Assembly: GCA_964187785.1 (NCBI GenBank)
Contig: OZ076412.1
Span: 41,602,001 to 41,666,000 of the forward strand
From: Amphiscolops sp. MND2022
Taxonomy: Eukaryota
Reading direction: 5' to 3'
DNA: 64,000 bases
Both the position numbers and the translations under genes were made by a program. Below are positions 1 through 13,479 of the stretch, in pieces. How positions within the stretch are numbered: position 1 is the first letter of the stretch; the number at the start of each line of letters is the position of its first letter. Under the pieces are notes generated by a model. It was not told the DNA's origin. It did not search any database and saw only the letters and a list, made by a program, of their open reading frames with translations.

Positions 1-1599
1 ACGAACATTCGCTCGCTTCATCTCAATGACGTCAGCATACGAATGGATAATTACCACTCGCTCGTTCCATCGCACTAGAATTGAATTGTTGTCGGCAGCT
101 TTCCCACGCTTACACTCACTGCCGAACAAAATATCTGAATTATTCAGATCGTCCGAAAAATTTGTACTGAAAAAAAAGTAGAAAGTTTGAGGTTACAATA
201 ATATTCCTGCTAAAGCAGAAATATTAAAAAGAATAATTCGCAGCAAGAAACAAAAACTTGGCCTTGAGTGGGATTCAAACTGCTGTCTTTCGGACACGCA
301 AACCACTAGATCATCGAATCTTTTTCGAAAATGTTCCTCTGATGATATTGTTTGAATTTTTTTTAAAGTGGCCGGTCCAGTGGCATCTGGAGAATAAGTA
401 TACCCCTGTAAATTCTTGCAGAGAAGCACCTAATTAAAAACCAGCTACTGTTATTGAATTCCAAAATAAAAAGCGCCGACTTAAAATCGGGGTCGAACAA
501 CCACTTCGATTTTTTTTCATTTTCCGCTCACACAAAGAGGGAGGAAAATCATAATCTCTGTTGTGTTTTTTTTTCCAAATTCTGCCAAATCTCCATGATC
601 TCCATCCACTACTTGACTAATTCTATGATAATCAAGTAAGTTAAATAGCTATAGTTGAGCACCGTGGCCATATATGGCTCAGTTGAAGCGGAAACATCCC
701 GTTGCTCAGCAGTCGTCTTGTTTTCCATAGTTTGGATATCTTGGTCATGTCAACGACAACAAATTGCATCATCAAAAATTGTTCATGAATATTGCATACA
801 TCTAACTATCATAATGTTCCCAACCCCTCTGAAACAAGTAATTCAAAATGGCTAAGATGTCGATAGAAAAGCGTTTTCACTGTTTGTCAATACTAAGCAC
901 TCGAATAACGAGGGGTAGAGAAATCGGGCTGAGGACTGAGTGACATACACAGTAGGGTACAAGCAACCCCGTAACGGCCCAAGTCGGCACCCCGCGCAAG
1001 GCACGAAATTGTACCCGAGGGAAATGATTTTTGTATCTTCTGTTGAGTAAAGGTTTTTCGAAAATCCAAAAAAGTCCTAAAGTACTGAAAACTTGATCCT
1101 ATTGTCTCAGGCTGCCGCATGTTATAAAATTTTGTATTTCATTGTGTATTCCAGTGAAATCGCCCTTCCTGGAACGATTCCATTGACTTGAAGATCCAAG
1201 GTCGGAAAAAACAGATGAAACTGAAACTGTTTTTTGATCCAATTTCATTTCATATTTGATACTGTGAATCTCAATTTGTTTAGACGTTAGACATCAAATG
1301 TAAAGCACAACTGACAGACAAACACGGAAACGAGATGAAACATTTTGCTTGCTGAGTACGGCAGAGAGTACTTGTGGAATCCTTATCTACCATTTAGAAC
1401 GCACATACATCATTTCACGGCAAGCATGAGACTTCTATCTTAGCGCTAAAACTTAATCGTCCGGAAATGAACAACCGTCCTGAGCAATAAAAGAAACGCC
1501 GTTAAATGGCCAGTTACGGCCTGATGTTTAGAGCTGTTTGCACATTCGAATATTTTTGTGGATTATGAATACTGATAATTTGATATCATTTCGCCGAAT

Positions 1600-2250
1600 A
1601 CGACTAAATACCCTCAAATAATGTACACGACGGTAAGAAGCCGCATGAGGCTATCCATCTATTACTACGGGCTATTCATTTATCTGTGCTTATGAGCTAC
1701 CGTAGTTGACCGGCAAAGGCCAACAACCGTTGAGGACGGAAACGGGCATTGATGGCGGAGGGCCAATTGCGGCCTTAATCTATTAATTAGGTGTAGATGC
1801 TATCTGGAACAGTTTGGATAAGTATTATAACAATGTTCTGCACAAATCTTCCATTAGGATGATCAAATTACCCAAATTCCCATTGTTTGTGCCATCTGCC
1901 AGTCCTGTATAACTAACGTGCCCGTAAAGGGCCATTTCTGTAACCATATATACATATTTGTTATGCTCGCGCTTTGTACTAAAGCTGATTTGTGCTGATT
2001 GGAAAGGCCGAGTAGGGCTGTGCGTCCTAACTTTGCCGGTTGAGACTATTACTCTGCTTTTTGTTTAGAAGATGAAAGTAACAGGCGTAGCGTTAAAGCT
2101 TTGATGTTCATGTGCAGTACACGCGGACGTTCCTAAAAAGTGCTATTATAGTGGCCCAATCAATTTCCCTGCTTCGTAGTTGCCCTTTAACAATTTCTTG
2201 AAAAAACCCATTCGGGCACTTGGCCGGACATGTCCTTTTCATGAATTTCT
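1600..2250 (-). pseudogene. Degenerate Ty3/Gypsy-like integrase fragment
   Basis: Minus-strand translation gives STGKVRTHSPTRPFQSAQISFSTKREHNKYVYMVTE, resembling the start of the integrase core (P.RPF..V.IDF...KY.LV..D). Many stops; boundaries approximate. Confidence 0.35.
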
Positions 2251-2639
2251 GTGTATAGAGACATGTAAACTTTGTTCAATTTTTACGCAGATATCATCGT
2301 AGCGGACCAGTAAATTAACTCGCCGTTCCATCCCTCCGCTACTGCAATGTAAACAAACAATTCATTTTTAGAACATGTATCGTTGCTATATTTAGAATTG
2401 TTTTCATTCAGAGATGAATGAACACCCGTTTTTATGAGTGTCATTTTATGTAGGGTATATGAGCCCAGGATGGAATCTCAAAGCAGTTCGTCAAAACTGT
2501 TCACTTAATCTAAAAGTTGTTTTGTTGAAACACTACAAAATACAGGAAAAATTAAACATTGTTCTGTACAACTTTTTATGTCTTCAATTAGGAGACAAAA
2601 GGCCCAAACGAGATGCTCTAGATAATTGGACATACTGTT

Positions 2640-3131
2640 CGATCGTCAACCGCTTGGAGAAAATTCAAACTCAATAGAGAGAGAGAGAAATTCGAAAATT
2701 TGCAGAACGTCATAAATGTATCTACAGGTCAAGGGGACCCTGAGGCCATAACTACCTACAAGCAGAAGTCATCTCAAGAAAATGAGGCTCGAAACATTGG
2801 CAGTACAAATGGGACCGCTAGGCAAGATAGACTCTGGGAATCTATGGAAATGACATCAGTGGAAACGAATCTAAGGTTATCTCAAGTGATAGATTTACTT
2901 ATGAACATCCTGCAAGCGCAGATGAGTAAAGCGATCAATTCAGCGATCAATGACATAGAGATCCTCGAGATACACAAAATAGTGGGATGTCTGTTTTAAA
3001 GAGAAATTGGATTTTGGATTTCCACTTACCAACAGGGTTACACAGCGATGAGCCGGATGAGTCCAAAAGTAAACTACACAGAAGGACTCTAGATCTGCAT
3101 ACGCTATAAGAGACGTGTACATGGGTCCTTA
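2640..3131 (+). mobile_element. Decayed fragment of the LTR-borne ORF family (relative of 40365-40790 and of the LTRs at 55475/59546)
   Basis: ORF 2700-2999 RLSQVIDLLMNILQAQMSKAINSAINDIEILEI aligns with ORF 40318-40629 SQEIDTIMDTIRTQINRAISSAINDIVLPEI. Downstream DSRSA is similar to DSQSACGLRE. Confidence 0.5.
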
Positions 3132-6100
3132 AACCAAAAGCATTACAATGGAGGCAAGTTATGTGAAGTTTTGGAGAAAAAATCAATAACGCTATACGAG
3201 AAATGAAAATATTCGATTCGAACCTTGAAAACATTTAGTCTGGCAGTTTTTACACTTTTGAAAATTTCTCCAAGAATTTTTTATCCAGTATACGTTATAT
3301 CGGGTATTCGTTCCATTCGGTTTGCGTTAAGACGGGTTTGCGCCAAACAAAATCCGTAGCAGGGACCCTTTGACTTCAAGCTATTTTGTATCAACCCTAA
3401 ATTTTCTAAAATTCGAAAGGAGGTCCTTTTGTAACATTGAAGTTTCATTGTAAGAAACGTTATATCCGGCATACGTTATATCCGGAATTCGTTTAATCAG
3501 GTTTCTCGTTAATTTCGGTATGGCTTGTGTTATTGTCGAAGGGGGCTCGTCAGCATTTTTTTACAGCTTCGAAAAATTCTCCTAGAAACATTACATCCTG
3601 TATTCGTTATAACCTGTTTGCGTTAAGTCCGATACGTTGTGTTATTGTCGAAGGGGATCATTACGATACATATGCCGGAAAAGTGGAATTTATCATCAAA
3701 TGTAAAGTGTATTTTCCGTAAAACGAGAACAAACCGTATTCTAGTCAAACAGTGCAATGTGTTCATCGTGAATTTTGATGCACGGTGTAATCAGAAATTG
3801 CGGATTGTGGTCATTGAGCGTAATTAGAGAAAAGTGGAAACCAGTCGAGAATTTGAACCTACAATTGGCTCAATTCCGTGACTCCTTAGCACTTTTTACA
3901 GCTCAAATGTTGTATATAGAGGTCAAATAGTACGTTACCAACAGCTTAAAAAATCTATAAATTCTGTGATTTTGTAGGTCCTTAAAAAGCCACTACTATA
4001 GTCGTCTCTTTCTACAAAAGCGCCAACTAAAAAACACACCAGCGTTCAATAGATTTTCAAACGTTTGAGCTAGAAAAGAAAGGTTGAAGGAATCAATGGT
4101 TCGGTATTTGTTTTTCGTGCGTTTATCGACGTAAACGTTGTACCAATTTCAAGAAAATTGAGTTGAATTCCTTATTTTTTTGCGGTCTCCTATTTCTTAA
4201 TTTGATAAAGATCAGTGCGGGAACATTTTTTTAACAAGCCGGGAATTGCTTAAAGAACTTTGAATATGCAAATGAACAAATGCAAAAATTTATCAAATCT
4301 AAAAATTTTCGAAACGTCAAAAAACCCTACTTTTGAAAAAAAAGAGAAAATGTTCTGTTTTTCCGGAAAAGACATACAGTGCCGGAAAACCCAAAAAGAG
4401 ACCCTCTAAGTTCCCCAACCGCAATGTTTCTGCTAGAAAATGAAGAGTGGCTTCGGTAAAAAAGATCAGAAAAAGTCACCTAGTGCCAAAAAAAAACAAA
4501 GGGAATGGATGTTTTGGCCTTCCTTCTACATTTGCAAGCAGAAAAAACTTGGCTAAATGGTACTCAAACACCCACGTACTCCTGCTTCCCAAGCCTCCTC
4601 ACAAGGACCGTAAATCCACATTAACCATTGGGTCACCATGTTTTACGGTGACTGAAGCAAAAACAAGGCCCAATTGTTTAAACTTTTCAATACAGAAAAT
4701 GGGGAAAATATTAAAAAAAACGCTTTTTAGACAAAAAACAAAGATTTCGAAAAAGATTCATAGTGCCGTAAAAGTCCAATGTCGCTGTGTAAGGGGGGAT
4801 TGGCGCTTCTGTAAGCAAGCAAAGAACTAAACCTTCCCTCAAAACGTTCCACCTGCTATACGTTATATCCGGTATATCCGGTACAGTTGAAAAACGCATT
4901 TTGGAACGAAAAACAAGATTTACGGAAAAATGCTTAGATTTCGGTCGCATTTTTTCACGAAACGAGGGCATGTAAGGTAACTTATTGAATTGTTGATTTG
5001 ACAAAGTTGTAAGACCGAAATGATAAAAATTGAAAAAATGAAAATTACCTTTGGAAGAATTTCTTCTACATTCCAAAATGAACGTAAAATTGGGTGCCAT
5101 TTTAATATCGGGGAGCAATGAAACGTTACAGATTTAACATTGAGTAGAATTGGGCTCCATGAAGAGCATCGCCAATGGCGAAGTTAAGATTTCAGAAAAA
5201 TCTATGACCATAAATTCTTTGTTTCAGTGACTGATCAGTTCACTGTTTAAAGTCTTTGTCAGAATGAACTTTAAACATGGCGTCTTATGTTTACCGCTTT
5301 GATCGAAGACAATGTGCTGTGTATAAACTTTTGGTACCTTCCTCTATGTCGCTAGTTGAATAGATAAAGAAAAAAGAACGTCTGAAAGCAAAACAAGCGC
5401 TAAGGTTTCAAAGAATGCTAAAAGGTTTTCCCTAAAGCAATTCCCATATCACGAAAATTTCACCTTAGGGGCTTGCAAAGGTTTTTCTTTTTTCATATGG
5501 TCCAAGACTAAAGGACGATACTTTCTAAAGAATCCCAAAGAAGTGCCGTCATTTTTGAAAGGTCTTTTTTCTGACTCAAGAGATCAAAAACTAGTTTTGA
5601 TGCAACTTTGCATGATGTGTTTCAGAATGGCAACTTGGACACTCGTGGTGTCCTTTCCTTCTCACTGACTAGACTTGATTTGAGATGTAGAGCAGATGTC
5701 TATTGGTATTTCAAGCCGTTACAATCCCCGAAAACGCGTTCTTAGAGTCTTCACAAAAATCAGTGTCTGCTGGTTCCCATTAGCAGCCGGCAGACTACAA
5801 CAAGCAAGCATTTGCAAAATATTTTCAATGCTTTCAGGTGAACGGGGTTTTCAAGAAGAAATGAAATATTATGAAAGAGGCGCAGTGGTAACGTGCTTTT
5901 CCTCGTACAGTCTGCTAGGACGCCTTCAGAAAAAAAACACCTTCCACTGCCAATTGTTCAATAAAAAACCAGCGCATTATTTTCAACTGGAAAAGTTTTT
6001 GCTGTTCCGGAAACAAATTCATGCCTTCATGCAAAATGTTCCAAAATGCCAATTCCAAAGGTATTTATTCTGTCTCTGTTCTTGCACGATCCAATTAGAT

Positions 6101-7003
6101 ACGGGAATTACGTTAAAAATTTGGCGTCTTGCTGTTTGATTATTATATTTTGGAACCGAAAACGGTAACAATGTTCAGTCTGATAATATACAGATAAACT
6201 AATTTCTCATTGATCAGAGTCAAACCCAAAACTTATCCTACCACTACGTGAAATAAAACAGGTATGACTTCAAAAACTCGGGTTCAGCTCGGTTTTTCTC
6301 GTTATATCGGAAAACGATAGCTAAGTTGTTCAAATTGGAAAGACGCAGAAGTTCGCCACTGATCTGAGTAGAACCAGTTTTTCGGACAAAACCGATGTCA
6401 AATTGGATAAAAAAGCAATAAAAATGGTGAAAATGTCATCAATTTGGTCAGTTACACCACACTTTCTATTTATCGGAACAAGCCTGATATCAGTGAGTGG
6501 TACTATTATATATCAATGTGAATAAATAAAGAAGTTTGATTAGATACGCCACAATGGGAGGAAGAATTGTTGAGAAAAATTTCAAAAGAAAAGCATTACA
6601 CTGGGAAAGAATTTTCCCGGGTAGAAGTTACTAATTTCTAACGGAAAATCACGAAATGAAACAAAGGTGAGAACCTTCAGTCAGAATTTTTTAAAATAAA
6701 AACGTTAGGAAAAGATGGTCTCGTTTAATTTTTTGATGTGAACAATGCGTTTTAATGCGCTTCAGATCTGAGGTGTACCCAAAAATTATACATTTCCTGA
6801 AACTAAAACATCGAACAATTCAAAAACAACGAATTTTTTAAATAAAAATTTCCTGAAGAGAAAATTATAGAAAGTCGCTAAGAGCTTGAAAGCAAAAGCA
6901 GGATCTTTCAGGTAAAAATAAATCATTTCCCTACCTGGACGCAAACCGGGAACAACTAGATTAATTGCAATTACTGAGAAATCTCTCATCAATCGCAGCA
7001 TAT

Positions 7004-7970
7004 GACAAGCCGGGACCGGCCCAAGTCGGCGCCCCGCTCAAGTCTCAAAAACCCAAGTATGCAAAGGATACTACTGAAACTTTTATTAATTTCTCAGAGC
7101 CGAAAAAGGGATACGCATAAGACTTGGAAAACATTTTTGTCCAACTGGGAACACAAAAAATCCATTATTGAATTTTTTCGAATTTTTTTGTATATGTCTC
7201 ATAGCGCCAAAAATAGCTTTCAGCTCGCAGAACCCCTTTTTCTCAAGCCGAAATCAACTATGGAAACGAGGTGGGTACCCTTTGACCAAGGGGAGAGCTT
7301 CGGGAAAAAACGCATAGAGCAGAAAAAAGCTGAAAAAAGATCTTTCCAAAATCATTAGGAAAACTTATCAGATCCCGAGGATCAGAAACTAGCAAAAAGG
7401 TCACCCTCAAGACTTGGGAAACATGTTTCTTTTACAGAAAACCTCAAACAACCAAATGTTTTTCGAACATTTTATAACTCCGGGAAGTCGCAAAGTGCCG
7501 GAAAAACTGAAAGTGGCCATCTATGCTCGCAAAACGCTTTGTTTCTGCTGAAAATCGCAGGAGAGAGTTTCGGTTTAAAAAAAAGTGAGAAAGTGCATAG
7601 TGCCGAAGAAAATCTTAAGGAGGACCCTTTGGTCTCTCCCCTTTTTTGTAAATATTTTGCAAACAATTTCTGTTTAGTGCGAGACTCGAACCCACGTACC
7701 CGTGCTTTTTTGCCACCAAAACGGGAAATACGCGTTAGCCATTAGGCCAAGTGGCAGTGACTGGTTTTGCCAAAACTGAAAACTTTTGATAGAACTATTT
7801 TGGCTAGTTCAGGTGTATCGAAAAAAAACTGACGAAAGGCCATGACTGAGGAAACGCCGACAACAAATCAAGCCTCGAATCGAATATAGTTTTCATTATC
7901 ATGATCATTCATAAATAAGACACTATTTTGAATATTTGTCCTAGACTTGAATCTTAAAAAGCGGACATTT
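7004..7970 (-). mobile_element. Helentron-like non-autonomous element (HINE-type), long subfamily
   Basis: Family 3' end in reverse at 7004 (acaagccgggaccggcccaagtcggcgcc). Internal blocks are shared with 8120-8520, 8600-8770 and 52540-52910. The 5' boundary is approximate. Confidence 0.5.
7679..7755 (-). promoter_or_regulatory. tRNA-derived Pol III A-box/B-box module inside the HINE-like element
   Basis: Minus strand reads TGGCCTAATGGCTAACGCG (A-box, tRNA-Arg-like D arm; 7739-7749) and GTGGGTTCGAGTCTC (B-box; 7681-7693). No intact cloverleaf. Confidence 0.55.
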
Positions 7971-9860
7971 TTAGTCCGCTTCTTTGAAGAAAAAGCATAC
8001 TATAACAGTGACTGTGTTTTAGTCCTCGTTTTATAAATTGGAACGACTAATTATTGCGACCTTTCGTCGTGTTAATTTTTGATCCGGCCAGTGACCATAA
8101 TTTTTTTCAATTTGTTCTCACTTCAGTAATTCGCATAGTGCCGAAAAAACTAAAAGTGTCCATTTATGCACTCAAAACGCTTTGTTTCTGCTGAAAAATT
8201 GAAAGATGGAGATTAGGTCTGAGGAAAAATTCTGTAAGAAGTAGTATAGTGCTGAAGGAAATCTCAAGAGGAAACCTTTGGTCTCTTCCCTACTTTTACA
8301 AACATTTTGCAAACAATTTCTGTTTTGTGCGAGACCCGTGCTTTCCCGCAACCAGAACGGGAAATTCGCGTTAACCACTGGGCCAAGTAGCAGTTAGGAG
8401 TTATTGACTTCGCCAAAATTGAAATTTTTAAATTGATATTTTGGCTAGATCGGGCGTATAAAAGAAACTGACGAAATACCATGACTATAGTTCATTCCTA
8501 CAGAAAAGCGCCGACTAAAATCGACTTGAAAAATGACCTTTCAGACTCGAGTATTGGTTTGTCTTAACAGAAACCTCTTGATAAACCGAATAGCAAAATG
8601 AACATTTTTCGGGAAATACTTCTGGTCGGAAAAGCCTCAGTGAAAGGAAAATTCATTCGAAAAGTTGCACATCCCGAAAAACCTAGTATGGAAATCCTCT
8701 AGGCTCACGAAACGCTTTCTATTTTCTAAAAATCAAAGGGGGATTGAGCCTTCGGTATTACAGTATCGAAACAAAGTTGTCGAAAGAAATCCAAAGCGGG
8801 ACACTTGGTCGTTCTTTAAACTTTGGAATTATGAAATCTTTTGGTTCAACGCGGGACTCAAACCCACGTACTTCTGCTGCCCAGATTCCATCACAAGGCA
8901 GAGAAATCCACAGTAACCTCTAGACAAAGTGGAAAGACTTCCTACCTTTCCGTCAGCATCTAGCAGAAAACAATTACCGTGCTTAACTAAGACTGTTCTA
9001 TTCCTAAGAAAACTAAAAAGTTACTAAAAGACAAGAATAGTTTTTGGGCTAGTTTTTCAAATCTGTCAATACTGTCCACGAAGTTTAGTTATTTTCGTGA
9101 CCTCTGTTACTACTTATTCTGCTAAATATTTGTTGGGAATGATTCTTGTGCTAACTAATGTTTGTTGAAAAAAACTATAGGGAACCGAAAAACAACAAGA
9201 TCTTGGTATGGTTTTTTTACAACTTAATAAATTAAGTTTTGGAACAAACTACCCATTATCAAAAAAATAATATTACAGCATTGTCATCAAGGGTGTAAAA
9301 TATTTTATTGCCATATATTTTTGCAAGAAAATAAATTATTTATATTTAGTTTTCAAGAAGATAAATAACTTCAATTTTTGCACATTTATTGTGCTAGAGG
9401 GCTTGCGAAAACGAATTCACTTTCGCGAAATTTCATTCCCTGTATTTCCATCCCGGAAGCTCGAAATATATTTCAAAAACATTTGACTCCAAATTAAGTG
9501 GCGCTGGTTTGTTTCGATAGTCATTATGAACGTATCTGGCAGTACTGAAAATTCGTTCAGCTGAGTTTGACGTGCTCGCTGAAGTAAAATTTGAAACAAC
9601 GAATTATTGTTATTGAAAAGGCCGAAAAATGAATTATTTGAAAATATTTATTGCAATCATTTTTAAATAAATTATTTATTTTACTCCCTTGATTGTCATC
9701 GAGATTTAGTGTGACTTTTGAAAGACTATTGAAATCTGATACACGCTACTTCAAATTCACAAGAAAGCCACAAAGGGTTAATTTTTCAACATGTAAAACT
9801 GTTCTCAAAGAAAGTTATGTTAAAGTATTGAACAGATTACATACATAATAGTAGTAACTA

Positions 9861-10196
9861 CAGTGTATGACGCTGAAAATTCAATAAACGACAATCAAAA
9901 TTTAAGAATCAGGCAGGTGAAAGATTGAATTTTCTAAATAGACAATCAAAAATTCAAAATCGACATTGAATTTTAATAATCCCCCTGCAGACACTGCTCG
10001 CATGCAGCGTGTAATTAGGATTGAAAGTTGTAGCGTCGCTATGCAAAGCAGCATTTTCATTGTTCCTATAATCTTGAATGGCTATTTGTGAAAAGTTGAT
10101 TCTCTATTTTTTTTAAATTAACCAATCAAAAACAAGCTGTTACCCAGCGGTGGAAAATCTGAATGAAGTTTATTGAATTTTCAGCGTCATACACTG
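9861..10196. mobile_element. Tc1/mariner-type MITE (336 bp)
   Basis: Perfect 29-bp TIR CAGTGTATGACGCTGAAAATTCAATAAAC, with TA on both flanks (9859-9860 and 10197-10198). Confidence 0.85.
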
Positions 10197-11080
10197 TAAT
10201 GGTATTCTATCAACAATTTTTGAGGTAAGAAGCGCTAACTACAGTAGCACTAACTAACAACAATCGCTAACTGTAGTTTCACGTTCATTCAATCAACGCA
10301 TTTATGGGCAAATTAATGGTGTTGTTGTTTACGCTCTCACGGGACAGATTCAAGAGGCTACTTGAGTTAAAGTTATTTTTTATCTTTTAGATAATAAAGT
10401 AGATAATTGAAGTATGCTGTCAATTGAACGAAACCTTTTTTTCTTGCTTTCATCTCTCGTCTCAAAATTGGGTTTAACCAAAACTGTTTAAGATAAGAAA
10501 ACGCTAATTTCATTGAAAATTTGTATTAGTGAAAACCGCTGGTTTCCTGATTTCGTGTAATTTATTACTTGTCAAGCAAAAAATCAGAATATGAAAAAGC
10601 ATGTCAATAACCATCGTTTTTTTCAAAACGAACACTTGTTCGCATCATCATGTTAAGCTTCGAATAAATTGATTTTTCATGGAATTGAGAACAAGTGAGA
10701 TAGATATACTGTTGCATAAATTAAATTTTGCAATCCAAAAATCTTAAAACGTGAAATATATTTTTATTTGCAAACTTACTCCCTTAGAATTTCCGCTCAT
10801 GTATCATTTTTAGTCGGCGCTTCATGAAGTCGGCGCTTAGAAAATACGACTAATATAGTGAATTTTCTTCATATTTTTTGTTATTCCACGAACACTGAAA
10901 TAAAAATAGAGGGCAACGCATGGCTAAACTGTGATAAATTTCCCTGTGGGTGTTTCGATAACATGCATTAGATGAAATTCCATTCTTTTTCATTAACTTA
11001 AACCGTGATATCTCGAGTTAATTTTGTGGAAATAAATTCAATAATTTTTTTGCTGTACATTTCATACAATAAAAAAAATC

Positions 11081-11552
11081 GGATCATGTCATCTATAGAA
11101 TATATCCCCCCAGATATACCTTGTGGGGAATTGCCCCCCCCTCCCCCCCAACACGAAAGCACATTTTGTTCTTGAACAAAAATATTTCACCAATAAGAGA
11201 ATATTATATGAATGTATATACTTAGAGGATTGTCTCTACAACTTTTTGGACACTTCAGGTAAAAAAATTACCATAATTTTTTGATATTATTGTCCAAAAT
11301 AGCAGAAATTCACGTTTGGAACAAGCTAAAATCGTAAAAAAGGCCCCTATTTCAGCGCAAATTTTGTCAGCTATAAAATCTAATGAGCAACTTTTAACTG
11401 ACAGTCAATGTAATGGATAGGGTTATGTCGACATCAATTAATTTATTGGACCAAGATTCCAACGTAAACGATGTCGACATGATGGTATTCGAACCTTCTC
11501 TCTTATTCCCCCTGCCGCAGTTGGGGGGGGGGGGTTATAGATGCCATGCTCC
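11081..11552 (-). mobile_element. Non-autonomous Merlin-family MITE (472 bp)
   Basis: 8-bp TSD AAAAAATC (11073-11080 and 11553-11560). Imperfect TIR GGATCATGTCATCTATA / GGAGCATGGCATCTATA. Both ends are homologous, in reverse orientation, to the ends of the element at 18784-20014, including ATGTCGACAT motifs. Confidence 0.85.
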
Positions 11553-12645
11553 AAAAAATCAGTTTCAATCATGTTATATTTCCAATTCATCGAGATTGAT
11601 ATCGAACGTAACAACGTAACTTACGTTATATTAAACGTAACCTACAAAACCGGATGATACCAAAGGGTCCCCCTTTTAATTTTTTTGAGCGCTGTGAGAC
11701 TTTTTTTCGAAATTTTTTTGTCTTCAAAGGGTATCCCTTCGATTTTATTGAAGTCCCCCCTCGTAATATCCGGAGTTAAGCGCTATATCCGAACTTTTGA
11801 CGTTATATCCGAACTATATTGCGTTTTTGTAAGGAGGAGGCGGAAGTCCGAAAACAGGAGTTTTTCATGAAAACGTCCTACGCATATTTCAAATCTGCGC
11901 TTTTTGAGACTTAGATATAGGCCGACTTCAGATGTTCCCGTCTTGTTAACACTTTGATGGGCTTTTTGAGCAAATTTAAATATCGAAAAACAACGAAAAA
12001 TATGGTTACCATCTTCGGAAAAGTAGATTTCTTCGATAACGCGTTTCAAGAGATATCAAGCATTCCTCTGTAACAATAATAAATTGCAAGACGTTTTGCA
12101 TCACAAACTCCTACAAACTACATTGAAAGAGCCTCTGCAGTTTCTACACTCAGTGGCATCCGTTGAGCAGTGAATACTTGCCCATAAGATCTGAAACTTG
12201 AATTGAACTAGCAGTTGCAGCTTGTGTTTATAAATACTTCCTATCAAAACTGACAAAACTGAATGAATAACCGCGGTTAAACTTGATTTCGTTTTTATAC
12301 ACTTTTCTAAAGGACTTCAACCAGTTGCTTCAACCCGTCGTCAGAAAAACCTTTGTTTTTTACTGACCCAGAAGCGCTCTTAGTTTGAAATTTCAGAGTC
12401 ACTTCTCCATAAAACAGTTCAAACGTTTGGATGAAAGTTGTCAAAGGTTTGGTCCGCAATAAATGCTCGATTCTCAAAAACATTAATTTTCCAAGATGCA
12501 GGAAAGCTTCCCTTGCATGATCTGTGAAATTTCTCGGTTTTTTGAAAAAAAACTTCACTGTATGCGCCCGTGCAATATGTAAAAGCTTCATGGAGGCTCG
12601 ACTAGGGTTGGCCTTCTGCATTTTCTAACGTTAATAGGTCTCTGC

Positions 12646-12839
12646 AGACCTGGGGAAATTTGGATTAGGAAGTAGGAAACATAGAACGTTTTACACACCC
12701 GGTCCCAGAAAAGCTCTATATTGTTTGTAAATAACGTTGTCATGACAACGTTATTTACAAACAATATAGAGCTTTTCTGGGACCGGGTGTGTAAAACGTT
12801 CTATGTTTCCTACTTCCTAATCCAAATTTCCCCAGGTCT
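12646..12839. repeat. Perfect 194-bp palindrome (97-bp arms, no spacer)
   Basis: Checked base by base: AGACCTGGGG...GTTGTCA|TGACAAC...CCCCAGGTCT, centre 12742/12743, no mismatch. Confidence 0.97.
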
Positions 12840-13479
12840 TGTTGAGTGCTTGCTTGGAAAGTTCAGTTCACGATCCCGAATACTTACACCACGAATCTCG
12901 TTTCTATTTAAAATTCTATATGAAAACACAAATATTAAGTTTTGTTTTTGTCTGAGTAAAAATATTAAATTATTAAAAAGTAAATTATAATTCATAAATA
13001 AATTTTAACTATAGTAACGGGATCGCTCGACAATTGTTTTGGGTGAAAAGACTATAGAAAAATTTGCGATATCAGTCATAACACCTTAAGTCTACCGGAG
13101 TGTCAGAACGGGGCTGTTTTGCTCCAGAAACAGTTTTGAAAATAATTATTCATCTTTAACCAAAATGGACGATGGGGACGAATCCGTACCAATTAGTTTC
13201 TGCAAACTTCTGAAGGCACTATCTGAACGTATGGAAAAGAAATCCCTGGAATAAGTACTTTTGACAATATTACATAGCATTACACGCATTTTCACGAAAT
13301 GTTGACTTGATGTCTTTGAAATAAAAATCCGGTTTCAAAAAATCGAACAAAAAGTGAGTGCAGATTTTTGGTTTTTCCACTTTCCTTTTGTGGCTACTTT
13401 ATCCCAATGGTATCAAAGTTGTGTAACGAGACCCTGTGGTACAACGACTTTCCAAAAAAAACGACCAAAAATTAGTTCG

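Noticed and set aside
12307-12621. Transposase remnant next to the palindrome; likewise 35480-35870 and 5640-5830
   Set aside because: The composition is coding-like but there is no diagnostic motif I can name.
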